From assembly GCA_951406725.2 (NCBI GenBank), contig OX597814.1, positions 140,306,001 through 140,370,000 on the forward strand: 64,000 bases of DNA. Direction: 5' to 3'. This document shows positions 38,453 through 52,504 of the stretch, in pieces. The stretch comes from Octopus vulgaris (Eukaryota). Under the pieces are notes generated by a model, which saw only the letters and a list, made by a program, of their open reading frames with translations, did no database searches and had not been told where the DNA came from. Every line of letters begins with the position of its first letter. Within the stretch, counting starts at the first letter, position 1. Both the position numbers and the translations under genes were made by a program.

Positions 38453-40804
38453 TATATATAATTATCTACATGTGTGTGTGTGTGTATTTATATATATATT
38501 GTGTAATTTTAACTTTGTATTTAAATCTTCAGACTCTTATAACCAAAGCTCATTTTTTTTATCAGATAACAGTATACTATGAAGGTGAAATTTAATTATA
38601 TAAAAATTTAGACATATCGGATTGTGGGAGTTAAAAATATAGCACTAACCAACTAGTTTCTGTTACTGACTATTTTTGAGTCGTTTCTAACCATTAATTA
38701 ATAAACAGAATTAAAGTTAGATTAGTGTCTACAAATTTTCACTCATATACCATGTGGCTTATTGTACCGCCACCATATAGCATCTACCTCAGTTTTAAGT
38801 GTATACATTCAAGAAATATACTCTCCTCAGACAATCGCACCCCAGTAGTAGTGGACTTCCCAAACATATATATATATATATATATATAATCTTTCTTATT
38901 TGCTTTCCAAATTCTTATTGTTTAGTTCACTACTCAAGTATTTCTGATTATTGATTGTAGAGTAGCAGCAATAGTAAAGTTAGTAGAGAGCTATGTTGGA
39001 TGTTTCACAGTACCTTTAGTTCGGTGCCTCGGGGTTCTGAGTTCATATCTCGCCAAGGTCAAATTTACCATTCATTCTTCTGGTATCTGTAAAATAGGTG
39101 TCAGAAAGAAAGACATTCGATTCAATCCACTACAGACTACTCCAATTTTCTCAACATATTTGGCTTTCGGCCTAGTCGAAATCATTGATCACAAGTTGCC
39201 TCCCTTGAGTTGTTAAACCTATTTCAATACGTCAGCTTTTTGTAATAAAGTTACGTGAAAAGTGAAGTGCAAATGTTTTCTGTTCAGATTTTTTCCCCTT
39301 TGACACAGGGAAAAGAAAACTTGCTTTCTTTTTATATATATATATATATATTACACATACACATACACACATATATATTCTTTTTATTTAATCAGTTATG
39401 TTATTGCTATTGTATACTTTGTTAACTGTTGCTTCGAAAACATTATTATTATTACTATCACTATTATTATTATTATTTGGCATATAACAAAAAGAAACCC
39501 TCTATCCAATACAAAAGCCTATCAATGCAAACCAACACGGCAGACCTAGAGCGCAAGCAATGTCATACAACAAAATAACAACTGGTAGCCGATAAGAGAT
39601 GTTAATGGCACATTTAGGGTATTGTATTTGCAAAACAAAGCAACTTTATAATGAGACATAAAATCTAAAAGCTCTCTTTTTATACAATGAATTAACAAAT
39701 ATCCTCTTGCCACAACTACAAAAACATTGATTAACTATAACATTCCTTTGTATATTTCAAATGAAACAGAGTTGTGTCCCATTAAAGTTATTTGATATGT
39801 GTGTATGTATATATATATGTATATGTATATATATATATGTGTATGTATATATATATATATATAACACAAATGCACGCACACATTACAATCTTTAGATGAT
39901 CAATTTCCTTGAAACAGCTGCAGAATTAGGATTATAAAATTGGTTATTTATATATCAAAATTTTGATTTTATTCACCTTTGAGTTGTATGGATAATACCA
40001 CACTGACTTGGTGCTTCAACTTAAGTACCTAATTCAAATGAATCTCAATTATTTCTTTTATATATATAAATATATGTGTGTGTTTCATTTTTTTTTATTA
40101 TTGACATAATGACTTTCTCAAGTTGCTCCAATATATATATGAAATAGGGCAAGATTCAAGTAAGAAATTTTTTCTGGACATATATGGTTTTCGTGATAAT
40201 CCTATGAAACAGACACACGTGTGCTGTGTTACTATTTCGTTGTTTTTTGTGAGGTTTTTTGTGGGTTGGGGCATTATTTTAATTGAAACCCAGGATTACT
40301 CTAGAAATTTCTTAAGTTTTAAATTTAGGATGAACTAAACATATTCTGGTACATGGACTGAGTTTGCAAAAAATTGTTGGAAAATTCAGTACAATGACAT
40401 ATGTGTATATATATATATATATATACACACACACTCACACACATACACATATATACTTATATATATATATACACAGACACACACTAAATCTCATATACAT
40501 AAATGCACACACAATGCATGCTTGTTTAATAAGTCTGTACAGTACTTTCACCAAATAAGCATTGAATGAATGAATGAAAGTCTTATATACTATTTGTAGA
40601 ATAAAAGTATTTATGAAACTTAATAGCATTAATGTACATAGACATACATACAGCATGTATGTTTATTGTTTAGTATGTTTTGTAAAAAGAAAGAAAACCA
40701 TCAAACACTTGCTATATTCTGCTGTTGAAGGTATGTCCTGTCTGATGTATGTTTGTGAAATAAATGTGAATATCAAGAAAGTGGGGAGAATTTTCTTGAC
40801 AACA

Positions 40805-41620
40805 CAGGGGTGGCTGTGTGATAAGAAGCTTGCTTTCCAACCACTAGGTTACAGGTTCAGTCCCACTGAGTCTTCTACTATAGCCTCAAGTCGACCAAAG
40901 CATTGTAAGTGGATTTGGTAGCCAGACTGAAAGAAGTCCGTTGTGTGTGTGTCTATGTTTGTCCCTGCTTGACAACTGGTGTTGGTGAGTTTATGTCTCA
41001 GTAACTTAGCAATGCAGCAAAGGAAACAGAATAAATACCAGGCTTTAAAGAAAAAAGAAAGGGAAAAGCACTGGGATTCATTCAGCTAAAATTCTTCAGG
41101 GTGGTGCCCCAGCGTGGTTGCCGTCTGATGACTGGGACAAGTATACAATAAAAGCTAAAGAATTCTATGTAAAAATCAACCAAAAGGTCTATAGAAAGAA
41201 GTTTTGATTCACAGGCGCAGGCATGGCTGTGTGGCAAGAAGCTTGGTTCCTAGCCATATAGTTCTGGGCTCAGTCCCACTGTGTGACACTTTGGGAAAGT
41301 GCCTTCTACTATAGCCTTGACCCAACTGAAGCCTTCTGAGTGGATTTGGTAGACAGAAACTGTAAGAAATTCATCATATGTGTATGTGTGTGTGTATGTT
41401 TATATGTATGTATGTGTGTCTCTGTTTGTTCCCCCACTATCGCTTGACAACTGATGTTGGTATGTTTGCATCCCTGTAACTTAGCACTTTGGCAAAAGAG
41501 ACAAATAGAATAAGTACTAGGCTTATAAAGAATAAGTCCTGGGGTTGATTTGTTTGACACAAAATAGTGCTCCAGTATGGCCACAGTCAAGTGACTGAAA
41601 CAAGTATAAGAGTAAAGATA
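40805..41620 (+). mobile_element. Two tandem SINE B copies
   Basis: Heads tggctgtgtg at about 40811 and 41224, each with the shared tail. Confidence 0.8.
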
Positions 41621-41904
41621 TGTAATAATGTTCACTAAATACTTGATAAATGCATATATATATTATATGTATGTAAATGTGTGTGTGTATATATATATAT
41701 GTATATATAAATGCATATATATATATATATATATATATTATGTATATATAGTATATGTATATATAGTATACGTATATATATATATGTATATATATTATAT
41801 ATGTATATATAGTATATGTATATGCATATATATATATGTATATATATTATATGTATATATATATGCATATATATATGTATATCTATTATATATATATATT
41901 ATAT

Positions 41905-42485
41905 GTAGGTTATGAGAGGTAATGGTGTCAGTGAGACCCAAAGGTGTCAGGTAATGTTGAATAAGTCCTATGGATAGACCATAGTTAAGTTCCAGGTTCG
42001 GTGATTATGCGAATAAGGGGTCCAACGTAGGTCGTATATCAGCGTGTGTATATAAAATTTTTTTCGTAATGAGATAAAAAACCAAGGCTGTGTAGATTTT
42101 AGAACATTTATAGATATATGGTCTTAAAGCTGTTTCCAGGATATTTATTATATCCCTGAGAGGATGGTTAAGTAATAGTTAATTTAGATAAGATATGAAA
42201 TAGAGAGTGAGGTGGAGGAATGAAAATAGATGTGAGATATGTAGGGATATCGTATTTGTAGATCCATTATTTAGGCAGAATGGTATATACATAAGATTCC
42301 AATACCTTATGAGTAAAGTCCAATAGTATTTAAAATTGGTCATTCCAAGTATAGAGTTTATACACAGTGTTATTGAATCAGGGGTTTTATTTAAATTGAC
42401 CTAAAAGTAGGAAATGTATTAGTAGGGTCAAATGTTGTAGGCATTCTTCAAAATTTCTGATTTCAAGACCTTTGCCACCAAATAT
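41905..42485. mobile_element. Penelope-like terminal repeat remnant (-) joined to a short copy of the Penelope ORF end (+)
   Basis: 42430-42484 is nearly identical to 49021-49075. The minus strand carries a hammerhead remnant agggatat-aataa-atatcctg-GAAACagct. Confidence 0.6.
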
Positions 42486-42506
42486 ATATATATATATCCA
42501 AAAAAA

Positions 42507-42580
<74 letters not shown>

Positions 42581-42601
42581 CATACATACATATATATATA
42601 C

Positions 42602-42658
<57 letters not shown>

Positions 42659-43385
42659 TACATGCTTGGCTGTGTGATTCAAACGGATTATACTGCAGAG
42701 CAACTTGGGCATATATCTTCTATTATGTCTCCAAGTCAGCCAAAGCCTTTGTTAGATGGTGACTGAAAGAATCACATTGTGTGTATGTATATGTATGAAC
42801 ATGTGTCTGTTTATGTCTTCTTGTCTTGATGTTGGACAGTGGCTGTAAATGAACTTACCCATTATCCAAATGATGTTTGTTTCCAATCTTCCATGAAAAC
42901 ATGTTAGGCCATGGGGAAATATTATTTGCTTGGAAACTGGTGAGGGTTGGCAACAGCAAGGGCATTTGTTACTTAAAAATCTGTCTCAACAAATTTCATC
43001 TGACCTATTCAAGCATGCAGAAATTAACATTAAAATAATGATGTGTATGTATATTTAGATGTGTATGTGTGTGTTTATATATCTATATACACATACATAT
43101 AGGCACAGAAGTGACTGTGCAGTAAATAGATTTCTTACCAACCACATGGTTCTGGGTTCAGTCCCACTGCATGGCACCTTGGGCAAATGTTATCAGCAGT
43201 AGCCTTGGGCCGACCAAAGCCTTGTGAGTGGATTTGATACTTGGTTGTTAATTATCATGGGAGACATTCAACATCCAATCTCAAAATCTTAGCTGTCCCC
43301 AACGGAGCAGTTTGGGGGGGGGCTTGCTTTACTCTCATGTCAATCTCGATTTCTTAAACTTGGTTATTAGTGCTCTGAGTGCCCT

Positions 43386-43416
<31 letters not shown>

Positions 43417-43571
43417 AGGTGTCACACAGTATACAATATCATGAGGTTGTTGATTGAAGATATTGTGTCTACTGTTTGTATTGTTTGTCAAGTCAGAAGG
43501 ACCTCAGACAGAGTACTTTATGCAATATGCATGCAGTTCCAAGTAATGCCAACATTATTATTATTATTATT

Positions 43572-45060
43572 AAGGTAATGAGCTGGCAGAATCATTAGCA
43601 TACCAGGCACACTCCTTAGCAGCACTGCATCTGTTTTTATGATGAGTTTTAATTTTACCAATGTAGAACCATTAGCATACCAGGCAAAATATTTAGCAAC
43701 ATTTTGTCCAGCTTTACATTTTGAATTCAAACTCTACCAAAGTCGACCTTGTCTTTTTTTTTATCAGAATTAATGAAATAAGTACCAGTTCAGCACTGGG
43801 GTCATTGGAATCAACTAGCTCCTTCCCCCCAAATTTCAGGCTTTGTGCTTGTAGTAGAAAGGATTATTATTATTGTTATTGCTTTGGCCCAAGTTTGATC
43901 TTATTCTTGGTAGGATTTATGTAGGTAGCGGGTTACTACCTATAACCTTAGGTATCCATAAGTTTTCAGCAGTCTTTCAAGTGCTTAGAACGCTCCTAAT
44001 AAACATTGCTGTCCTAAGTGATGAACTTTCTGTAGGAGCTCAACAGGGCATTCTACTTCAGTTTCCTTCAGCCATTTGTCTATATTTTTGCTTACTGTTC
44101 TTCATTCACCAATTATTATAGGCACGACCTTTACTGTTCACATGCTCCAAATTCTTCCTATTTCAAATTTTAAGGGATTGTATTGATGGGGGGGGGGTCC
44201 TCTCTCTTTACAATCCTGGAATCAAACAGGCATGTTGGGTCAATTAGTAAGCAACTTCACTTTTCTTTATCTACAATTGTTATTAATTTTGCCGAGGTCA
44301 ACTTTGCCTTTCATCCTATCAGGGTCAATTAAATAAGTAGATTACTCACTGAGGTCAATGTAATCCACTTATCCCCAGCCCCTAAATTTCAGGCTTTGTG
44401 CCTGTAGTAGAAAGGATTTTTATTATTATTATTGGTACGTAAAAAGCACCCACAACACTCTCAGAGTGGTTGGCATTAGGAAGGGCACCCAGCTGTAGAA
44501 ACTCTGCCAGATCAAGATTGGAGCCTGGTGCAGCCATCTGGTTTGCCAGCCCTCAGTCAAAATCGTCCAACCCATGCTAGCATGGAAAGCGGACAGTAAA
44601 CGATAATGATGACGATGATGATTATTATTATTATTATTCAGATGGCATACTGGCAGAATTATCAACACTTCAGACAAAATGCTTAGTTTTTGTATATTCT
44701 AGGTTCTATTCCTGCCGGAGTCATTTTTGTCTTTCATTCTTTCAGAGTCAATAAAAATGAATTACCAATCAAATACTGAGGTCAATGAAATTGACTAAAC
44801 CCCACTCCCTGTTACTAAAATTACTAGCCTGGAGCCAACATTTGAAACAATCAGGTGGTGAGATGGCAGAATCGTAAATGTGTCAGACAAAATGCTTCAT
44901 GGCATTTCTTTGCGATTTTTATACGTTGAGGTAAACTTTGACTTTCATCCTTTCAAGGACTGATAAAATAAGTACCAGTTACTGGGGTAGTAGGTCAATG
45001 TAATCAATTTCCTCATCCCTTCAAAATTGCAGGCTTTGTGTCAAAATTCAAAACCATCAT
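43572..45060 (+). mobile_element. Cluster of SINE A copies mixed with LINE ends
   Basis: SINE A cores near 43740, 44290, 44720 and 44930; a (GAT)n-tailed repeat at 44435-44620. Confidence 0.7.
43880..44282 (-). mobile_element. Second R4/Dong-like LINE 3' fragment (different family)
   Basis: Minus strand reads TIVDKEK*SCLLIDPTC..., YNPLKFEIGRIWSM*TVKVVPIIIG..., ELLQK, with stops and frameshifts. Confidence 0.7.
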
Positions 45061-45898
45061 TATACATGTATACCTGCATATGTATATATGTATATGTCTA
45101 TATATATATGTGTGTGTATGTGTTTTGTGCCAAAATTTGAAATTAGTATTTTTATTTTTTTTGTATGGATTTTTTTTATTCTTGAGTTAGGTATCTGCAT
45201 ACAACACCTTTGTAATTCAAAACAAAAAACTAAATAATATTAGAGGTTTATGAAACATATGATGTATACTTTTATTTTCTAAAGAAAATTTAATCCTTCA
45301 TGTCACTATATGATATCAACTTCAACCTTTGTATCAAACTTTGCTGGTTTACAGCATCTTATTCACAGTTGTTGACTCTTCCTGCCAAAAAAAAACATGT
45401 AATCATTGATTTTTTTTTTTTTGCTTGTACTTTTTTTTTTAAATCTTTTTTCAAAATCAGCAGATAATTGAAAACTCTAACACAACTTTAAGACTCTAAA
45501 TTTCTAAATTTCAGTTATGTCTTTTTCCAACAATAGATTATTGTTTTTATTTTCCAATATGTGCTACAAACTTTAAATCCTCATGAATTCTCAAATCCGT
45601 TTTTCACATGGAGTAAAAAAACAGATCTTATTAAAATGTGTATGGGTGGTTTATTGGACACGTGTGTTTGTGTGTGTTTGTTTTGACTGTTCAGTTAACT
45701 AAATTGCTATAAGTTTTATAATTTACTCCAAGACATGTCAGTAAACATTTTTGGAAGAATATATTCTCTCATAGAACAATTTATCTCCTTACTCTTCAAA
45801 AAGAAACAGTACTAAAATTTTACAAATATCAGATTGTTTCTGTCTATAACTATATGTGTGTGTGTATGTAGACATGTTCATTATATATATACTTTACC

Positions 45899-46047
45899 TG
45901 TAGGTTAACAAGGCTACAAATAGTTTCATATAAAGAAATCTTCACAACTGTTCAAGCTTGTCAAATGGAAGCGTTAGTACTCAGCACGCTTGAACAATTG
46001 TAAAGATTCCTTCACATGAAACCTTTGGTAGCCTTGTTAACCCACAA
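45899..46047. repeat. Palindrome
   Basis: ggttaacaaggctac...ttcaagc pairs with gcttgaa...gtagccttgttaacc. Confidence 0.8.
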
Positions 46048-46113
46048 ATAAAGAATATTTACCTACCAATGCAGGGCTGAACACTCATCCTCACTGCTTG
46101 ATATTAGCCTTTA

Positions 46114-46152
<39 letters not shown>

Positions 46153-46546
46153 AGAAAGAGAGAGAGTATTTTTTGTGTATGCAGTGAGGTGTACAACTAC
46201 TACTGGTGAATTTAGAGTTCCACGTGGAATAAAGTGGTGTGGTTACTATTGTACTTGGTAGTATTACTGATTATGATATACAGAACAAATGTAGAGAAAA
46301 ATATATGGGAAACACAAGTTGCAGTTTACATCATTTTGTTTTTCCCTGGACATTTTACCGTTGTGTTTACTTGCATCCTCAGCAGTGGATGTTCCAAGTG
46401 CAAATGGATGCTAAACCACAACAGTTCATCAGGGAAACACTTTACTGCATTTTGTTTACACAGATCAAATGCTTATAAACTGCATCTTTTGTTTATCATA
46501 ATATTTTATTTATATGTATAGTACATTTTATATATATATATATATA

Positions 46547-46932
46547 CTAGCAGTATTGCCCGGCGTTGCTCGGGTTTGTTTCGACCCTTTAGAATTGGAA
46601 TTTTTGAAAAGTAAAAATTTTGCATTATGTAGCTAGTTATTCTCTTTAAGTAAGCATTTTTCTGGTTGAAATACACTAAAAAATGGCGACACAGCAGTAA
46701 AAAAATCGTAAAATATAGGGATTTTCATAGAAAAAAAGTACCTTTTTGATGTAAATAATTTTTGGTGTTATCATGGTCCGATTTGAATTTTTTCTTCTAT
46801 GGAAGGAAGAGCAAGCCTTCTTCTATCATACTCTCAATTTTGGTCAACTTGCACTGCTGGGTCTCGGAGGAGATAGTGTTAGTTGAAGGCTACCAAACCT
46901 GCCATACACAGACAACTTCAGCTTTATATAGA
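46547..46932 (-). mobile_element. Non-autonomous Helitron-like element
   Basis: Minus strand starts TC(tatataaagctgaagttgtc) and ends with the hairpin cccgagcaacgccggg followed by CTAG|T. No TSD. Confidence 0.75.
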
Positions 46933-47039
46933 GAGAGACATAGTGTACTGTTCCATGATGGGCCGATCAACAAAAAAAGTACTCCATTTGGTGGGAGATA
47001 AATATTATTTAATAAACACAGTATATTTTTTTTTATGAG

Positions 47040-47167
47040 CATGCGGTGAAAACAACTCAGACAACATTCTTTAACATGTTTGGTGTCTTCACACTCCTCA
47101 GAGCCCGAGGATCACATGAAAGCACCAGACATGTTATAAAATGTTATCTGAGTTGTTTTTATTGCAT
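47040..47167. repeat. Palindrome with a hammerhead remnant on the minus strand
   Basis: aaaacaactcagacaacatt...taacatgtttggtg pairs with caccagacatgtta...aatgttatctgagttgtttt. Confidence 0.75.
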
Positions 47168-47289
47168 GAAACTATTAGTAGCTCATAAAATATATATACT
47201 GTGTTATAAGTGTTTATCTGCTTACATGCAAGCATTTAGATGCAAAACAAGGTGTAGAAAATGGCACTTAAATACCAAGAATAGAGTAA

Positions 47290-50100
47290 AATAGTGTTTT
47301 ATTGATGCTGAAAATATTTTACAAATTGTTACTCAGAGTTTCATAAAACCATGATTTTTTTAAACAATAAAATTGTTTGTAAATCTTTATAAACAACACT
47401 GTGATAATTATTTAGTAATTCATCAAATACACATTTATAGCTGATTGGACAGGGTGTTATTACTTTTGAAAATAACAGGAATCACTTAGATGAAAACAAC
47501 TGAACATTGACAAAAAACATAAACATGAGCCTTTTATTTCCTTTAAGGGGCACAAGGTTAGTTTTAGTAGCAACCCTAAGTGTAGGCTTATAAACCTGGT
47601 GATGACTGAAATAAATATATTTAGCAAAAATATTTTAGATTTTGCCTTATTTAGGAATAGAAAACGTTATAGAACTCTCCTTATGTGGAAAAAACATGTC
47701 TGTTATAAACTAGTTTAAGAACATTAAATATGGGAACAATAAACAGAATTGTAGATTTACTTAATTTGATATGATGAACTTTTACCTGTCTACTACAATA
47801 AGACCTCTGTTATTAAAAGTCCCAAATTTTACTAAAAGCATGCGTACCCATCAGTGACCCAGACATTGATATCATCCTGCTTGCCAGGAAATCATTGCTA
47901 TTTTTGCTCTACCTGGGTTACAAAAAATGGCAATGAATTGTTCAATGGATGCATATGATGGATCGAAATTATGTATGCTTAAAGCGACATATATTCTGGA
48001 TTGTTTACATACAGAGTTTCCATATTTAAGTGTGAGTGTATAAAGGGATGATGGCCTTATTATAAGCAGCAATATGAATGGGTATTAGCTTGGTAGACTC
48101 AGGAAGAATCTTTTTGCATTTTTCCAGCATATGGGCTTAAGGAACTCATTTGACACAGACATTGGTTGTGTCAACTTTTTAGATATCACTTTACATCTAC
48201 AATCTCACAGTTTTAGACCTTATCACAAGCTAAATAAAAGGTTGTTTCATATTAAGAATCCTGAGCACCCACCCTGTATGCTTTAAAAATATAGTTCGTA
48301 ATAAAGCTGATTGGATCTTCCATTTGTCATCTGATGAGGTGGGTTTCAACATAGTCTCTTCTTCCTACGTTGATGCTTTTAGGAATTGCAAATTCTCCAA
48401 GCAGATCCTTAACATTGGCATTAAAAATAATCCCAAGAGATCCTACAGAACTAGAACTAGAATGGCTCAGCCCAACATTTAGTATGAATGTCAAAACTAA
48501 TGTAGCAAGAGAATTTCAAAATTTATTATCTAGGCATTTCTCCAGGGGACCACGAAGATCAAGTATTCTTGCCGTAAAAATTTTGCCATGTTTGTTAACC
48601 AGCATGATGTGAGTAGACTTGATAAATCTAATGGATGTGATGACAACCCTAAGTGCAATTATAAAGATCTTAATAACTGACCAATCAAGGAATTTGTATA
48701 TAGGGTTAAGATCCAGGTTGGTAATAGCCCTGTATAAAAAAACTTACACTGGAATCACAGAAAACAGCTTCTAGATGAGATTTTATCTACACAAAAATTC
48801 CTTTAAATACCAGAAAAAAGGTTATCAATATGTTTATCAAAATGCATGGCAATTGAAAGAAATTGGCTTTGCTCCTTTCAAAATTCAATGGTTTGAAAGA
48901 GAAAGCCCATACAGGCATGGTTCCTACCGCCACTCTATGAAATGCCCATTATACTAAGCAAAAAATATTTCAGTCTATTTCAAGACAAAATTAGCCTTGA
49001 ACTATAAATCTAAACTATTGAATTGTTGTAGACATTCTTCAAAATTTCTGATTTCAAGACCTTTGCCACCAAATACATTGCCATTTCTCATTATTGTATA
49101 TGTTTCACTCTTTTTTTCTCCGAATATGTTGGAAGTGTTTTTCGTAGTTTTGAACTTGATGTTTTCTTCTGACTGTCGCATTCAATCTTTTTTTATAATT
49201 TTATAAGTTTTTTTGATTTTGTCTAATTTTTTATAAACCAGAATATAGGCTATGCACACATTTATCATATATTATTGTATTTTATATTATTTTGTTGCTC
49301 ATTTTTAAAAAATTATACTCCTACCTTGAATTAATTAGATTGATTCTTACCATGTCCTTACATATTTCAGAATTAGATTTCATGTTTTATTTTGATCAGC
49401 CATTTTTCTGTATGTGTCCATTTTTTCTGTTTGTTTTTTAGGGTGTTTTTTTTTTGTTCCACCTTCACATACTTCAGTAATAAGGTCTCTATCTATCTAA
49501 TTTCTCTAGCTAATGTATACTTTCTTCAGCTAATGTGTACTTTCTTCAGCTAATGTGTACTTTCTTCTTCCGCTATTTGTTTTTCCATATTTGATACAAA
49601 TTGTCAATTGTGACTGCCCTGTCATCCTCTTTACCTTTTCTCCTCTACTCCCCTTTTTCTATTTTTTTTCCTACCTGTCATAAACAACCCTCCACATCCC
49701 TACTTCTTTAGGGCAAGCTTACTTATTTATTATTTACATTGCTACTCATTGTCCTTGTCTTAATTTTGATTTTTTTTCTTTAATATACATTTACTCACTC
49801 TTGATATCTGAAGGTGCTTTTTTTCCCCCATTGCCTATTATATCTATTTCCTTGTTTGTAGGCAATTCATGTGCTTCTGTTCTTTCTTTTTTCATCGAAA
49901 GTCAATCATTTTCATCTAACAGATTCCTGTTATTTCGAAAAGTAATAACAGTAACACGCTGTTTTTCAAATGTTTATTTGATGAGTAACTAAATTATTAT
50001 CAGTGTTGTTTATAAACATTTACAAACTAACATATTGTACAAAGCACACATGCCTGCTTGATTATCAGTTCTGTGAAACTCTGAGTAACAGTAAATTGTT
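47290..50100 (+). mobile_element. Decayed Penelope-like retroelement (RT plus GIY-YIG) with inverted terminal repeats
   Basis: MDAYDGSKLC...V*RDDGLII (from 47945), VNFLDITL...FRPYHK (48170), WLSPTFSMNVKTNV, VYRVK...TYTGITEN, LNYKSKLLNCCRH. 47320-47510 is an inverted copy of 49900-50095. Confidence 0.85.
49508..49567. repeat. 20-bp tandem repeat, three copies
   Basis: agctaatgt(a/g)tactttcttc repeated three times. Confidence 0.85.
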
Positions 50101-50109
50101 ATATATGTA

Positions 50110-50325
50110 AGGCAGCAAGCAGGCAGAAACATTAGCATGCCAGGCAAAATGCTTAGCGGTATTTCGTCTGTCTTTACGTTCTGAGTTCAAATTCTGCTGA
50201 GGTCAGCTTTGCCTTTCATCCTTTCAGAGTCAATAAATTGAGTACTAGTTACGTACTGGGGTTGATCTAATCGACTGGTTCCCTCCCCAAAAATTTCGGA
50301 CCTTGTGCCTAGAGTAGGGAAAATA
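50110..50325 (+). mobile_element. SINE family A
   Basis: TSD aaattgttatatatgta on both sides. Confidence 0.88.
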
Positions 50326-50482
50326 AATTGTTATATATGTATAAGCATATGATCATACATGTGTGTATGTATATATATATATATATATACACACACAAAA
50401 TATATCTGTATGTTTATGTATATAATATATTTATATATATACACACACCCACACTTACATAATATATATGTATATTTATATA

Positions 50483-50513
<31 letters not shown>

Positions 50514-50724
50514 GTACACACACACAAATCACAAACACACAACTTTATATATGGTAGTATAGCTTCTAAACAGAGAAAGACATGTTCAATAGAAATTGAA
50601 TTTGTGACATTTTTTGTTTTTCAAAACCATAGTCTCCAGTAATTAAAACCAGGAAATTCACAGAAATTTTCCAATAATAATGGTGGTGTTGATCATAATA
50701 ATGATAATAATAATAATAATAATA

Positions 50725-51312
50725 AATGTCCTGATGCAGTACCAGACAGTGGCTATGCTCTGATGCACTACCAGGCAATGGCTGTCATGGCTTCTGATCT
50801 TAACTGACTGGAAGTATTATCATATATATTGTTTTGTCTTGGTGTAAAAAATGGGCTACAGCAAATATTCTGCTCAATACCACAGATTTGCATGTCGGTT
50901 GTTTGACCATAACCAGTTAAGCATGTCCCTTAGTGGCTGAAGATATGTGCATCTCTGATCACGAGCAGAGGTAATGGGGGAGCATCATAGCTATGTGTTG
51001 AGAGGAATTATTTGGGGTTTGGATAATTCATCTCTGGAAACATGGGTGTTTCATTCAATATCCTTAAACAACCCTTATTCAGGGACCTTCTGAGTAGGAT
51101 GGGCTACATGACCTGAAGAAAATTCTAACTGGGCCCCACTTGCAAGGTCATGTGCTGTTTATCTTGGTATGAGATCACCATGTTGTACACATACGGTTGT
51201 GATGCATGTACCTGGTGTATAATTATCAGACAGGCAGTCATGATGAGTATACTAGGCTTCATATATTTTACCCCAGTGTCACTTTGATGGCATGCACTGC
51301 CCTCTCACTCAA
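50725..51312. repeat. Dispersed repeat (family D) flanked by (AAT)n
   Basis: 50800-50955 is the reverse complement of 2343-2492. Confidence 0.65.
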
Positions 51313-51340
51313 TAATAATAATAACAATAACAATAATAAT

Positions 51341-51618
51341 GATCCCTGGCTTACCATCCCTGCAAGAAGTGCAAAAGATTGTCTTAACTGGTACATCACA
51401 CGTATTGAGAAGAGCATTGTCGATGTGAGAACTATTACTACCCATGTATTTTAATTTAACTTTATTTCTATCAAAAAAAAAAACAAAAAAAAGTGAACGA
51501 ACTAGTGATTTTAGTTTAATGGCCTACCAATGTATACTATGAGTTTCTTTGCCCTAGGAGTCGGGAAGACACTCGGCAAGAAATGGAAGCAAATTTGAAA
51601 GAAGAAGAAAAACCTATA

Positions 51619-51620
<2 letters not shown>
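51341..51620 (+). mobile_element. Third R4/Dong-like LINE 3' fragment
   Basis: Encodes IPGLPSLQEVQKIVLTGTSHVL, then a 3' UTR; (AAT)n on both sides. Confidence 0.7.
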
Positions 51621-51649
<29 letters not shown>

Positions 51650-52029
51650 GTTTAGATGTGATCAAGATACAGGGACTATATCTGGAGCAACTCTACCTGG
51701 CTTCTTATTGAAATGATGGTTTAGAATTAGAGGAAATGTTCAGTTTGAAGAAACAAAAAAATATTCTACACACACACACACACACACATATGTATATACA
51801 TATTTATATCTACACACATATACATACTAAATCATAATATGAAAGTTCTACAATGCAAGCTTAATTTAATGTCCAGTAGTAGTATGCTATATACATGTGC
51901 AAATATATATATGCACAAACACACACACCCTGTCATTTGTATGAATTTAGAAAAAGACACATAGCTCATCAAAGAAAAGCTATATTTGAAAACAAACTGG
52001 TACAAATTATCTAGAGAATCCTTTTATCA

Positions 52030-52225
52030 CAACTATTCAATAAATCCACTGTTAGCACCAATGGCTGTTTCTAAAGGGGTCAAAAGTGTTGACAAGCCTG
52101 AATCAGGTGATCTTTATTTAGTTTTAGTTATGGAGACTTGAAAAATTGTATGGTGTGACTGAGGTGTTGCTTGACCTCTCTCTCAATTACACCCCACACA
52201 TGACAGTCAAATGGATTGTGCTTCC
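52030..52225 (-). mobile_element. Fragment of a second mariner/DD37D-like transposase (C-terminus)
   Basis: Encodes NPFDCHVWGVIEREV; its 3' end tattcaataaatcc resembles 37291-37310. Confidence 0.65.
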
Positions 52226-52265
52226 TCTTGTCATTAAATAATTCATATATATTTGTGTATGTATA

Positions 52266-52302
<37 letters not shown>

Positions 52303-52504
52303 GTAGGTAGGTATACATAAATGTCAAACAATGAAAATGTGTGCTCAACACCACATTCTTGGGTAGAATTTCTTTATTTGTGCATTAAGGCTACCATTGG
52401 TTTCATGTTAAGAAAAATATTTTAACAATTTTTCAAGCTGATCACATGGAGCAATGCTGTTTTACTCCATTTTGGACAAAAACACGAAGTCTCATTTATA
52501 TTTA

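Noticed and set aside
49508-49567. CRISPR-like repeat
   Set aside because: Direct tandem units without spacers, in a eukaryotic context.
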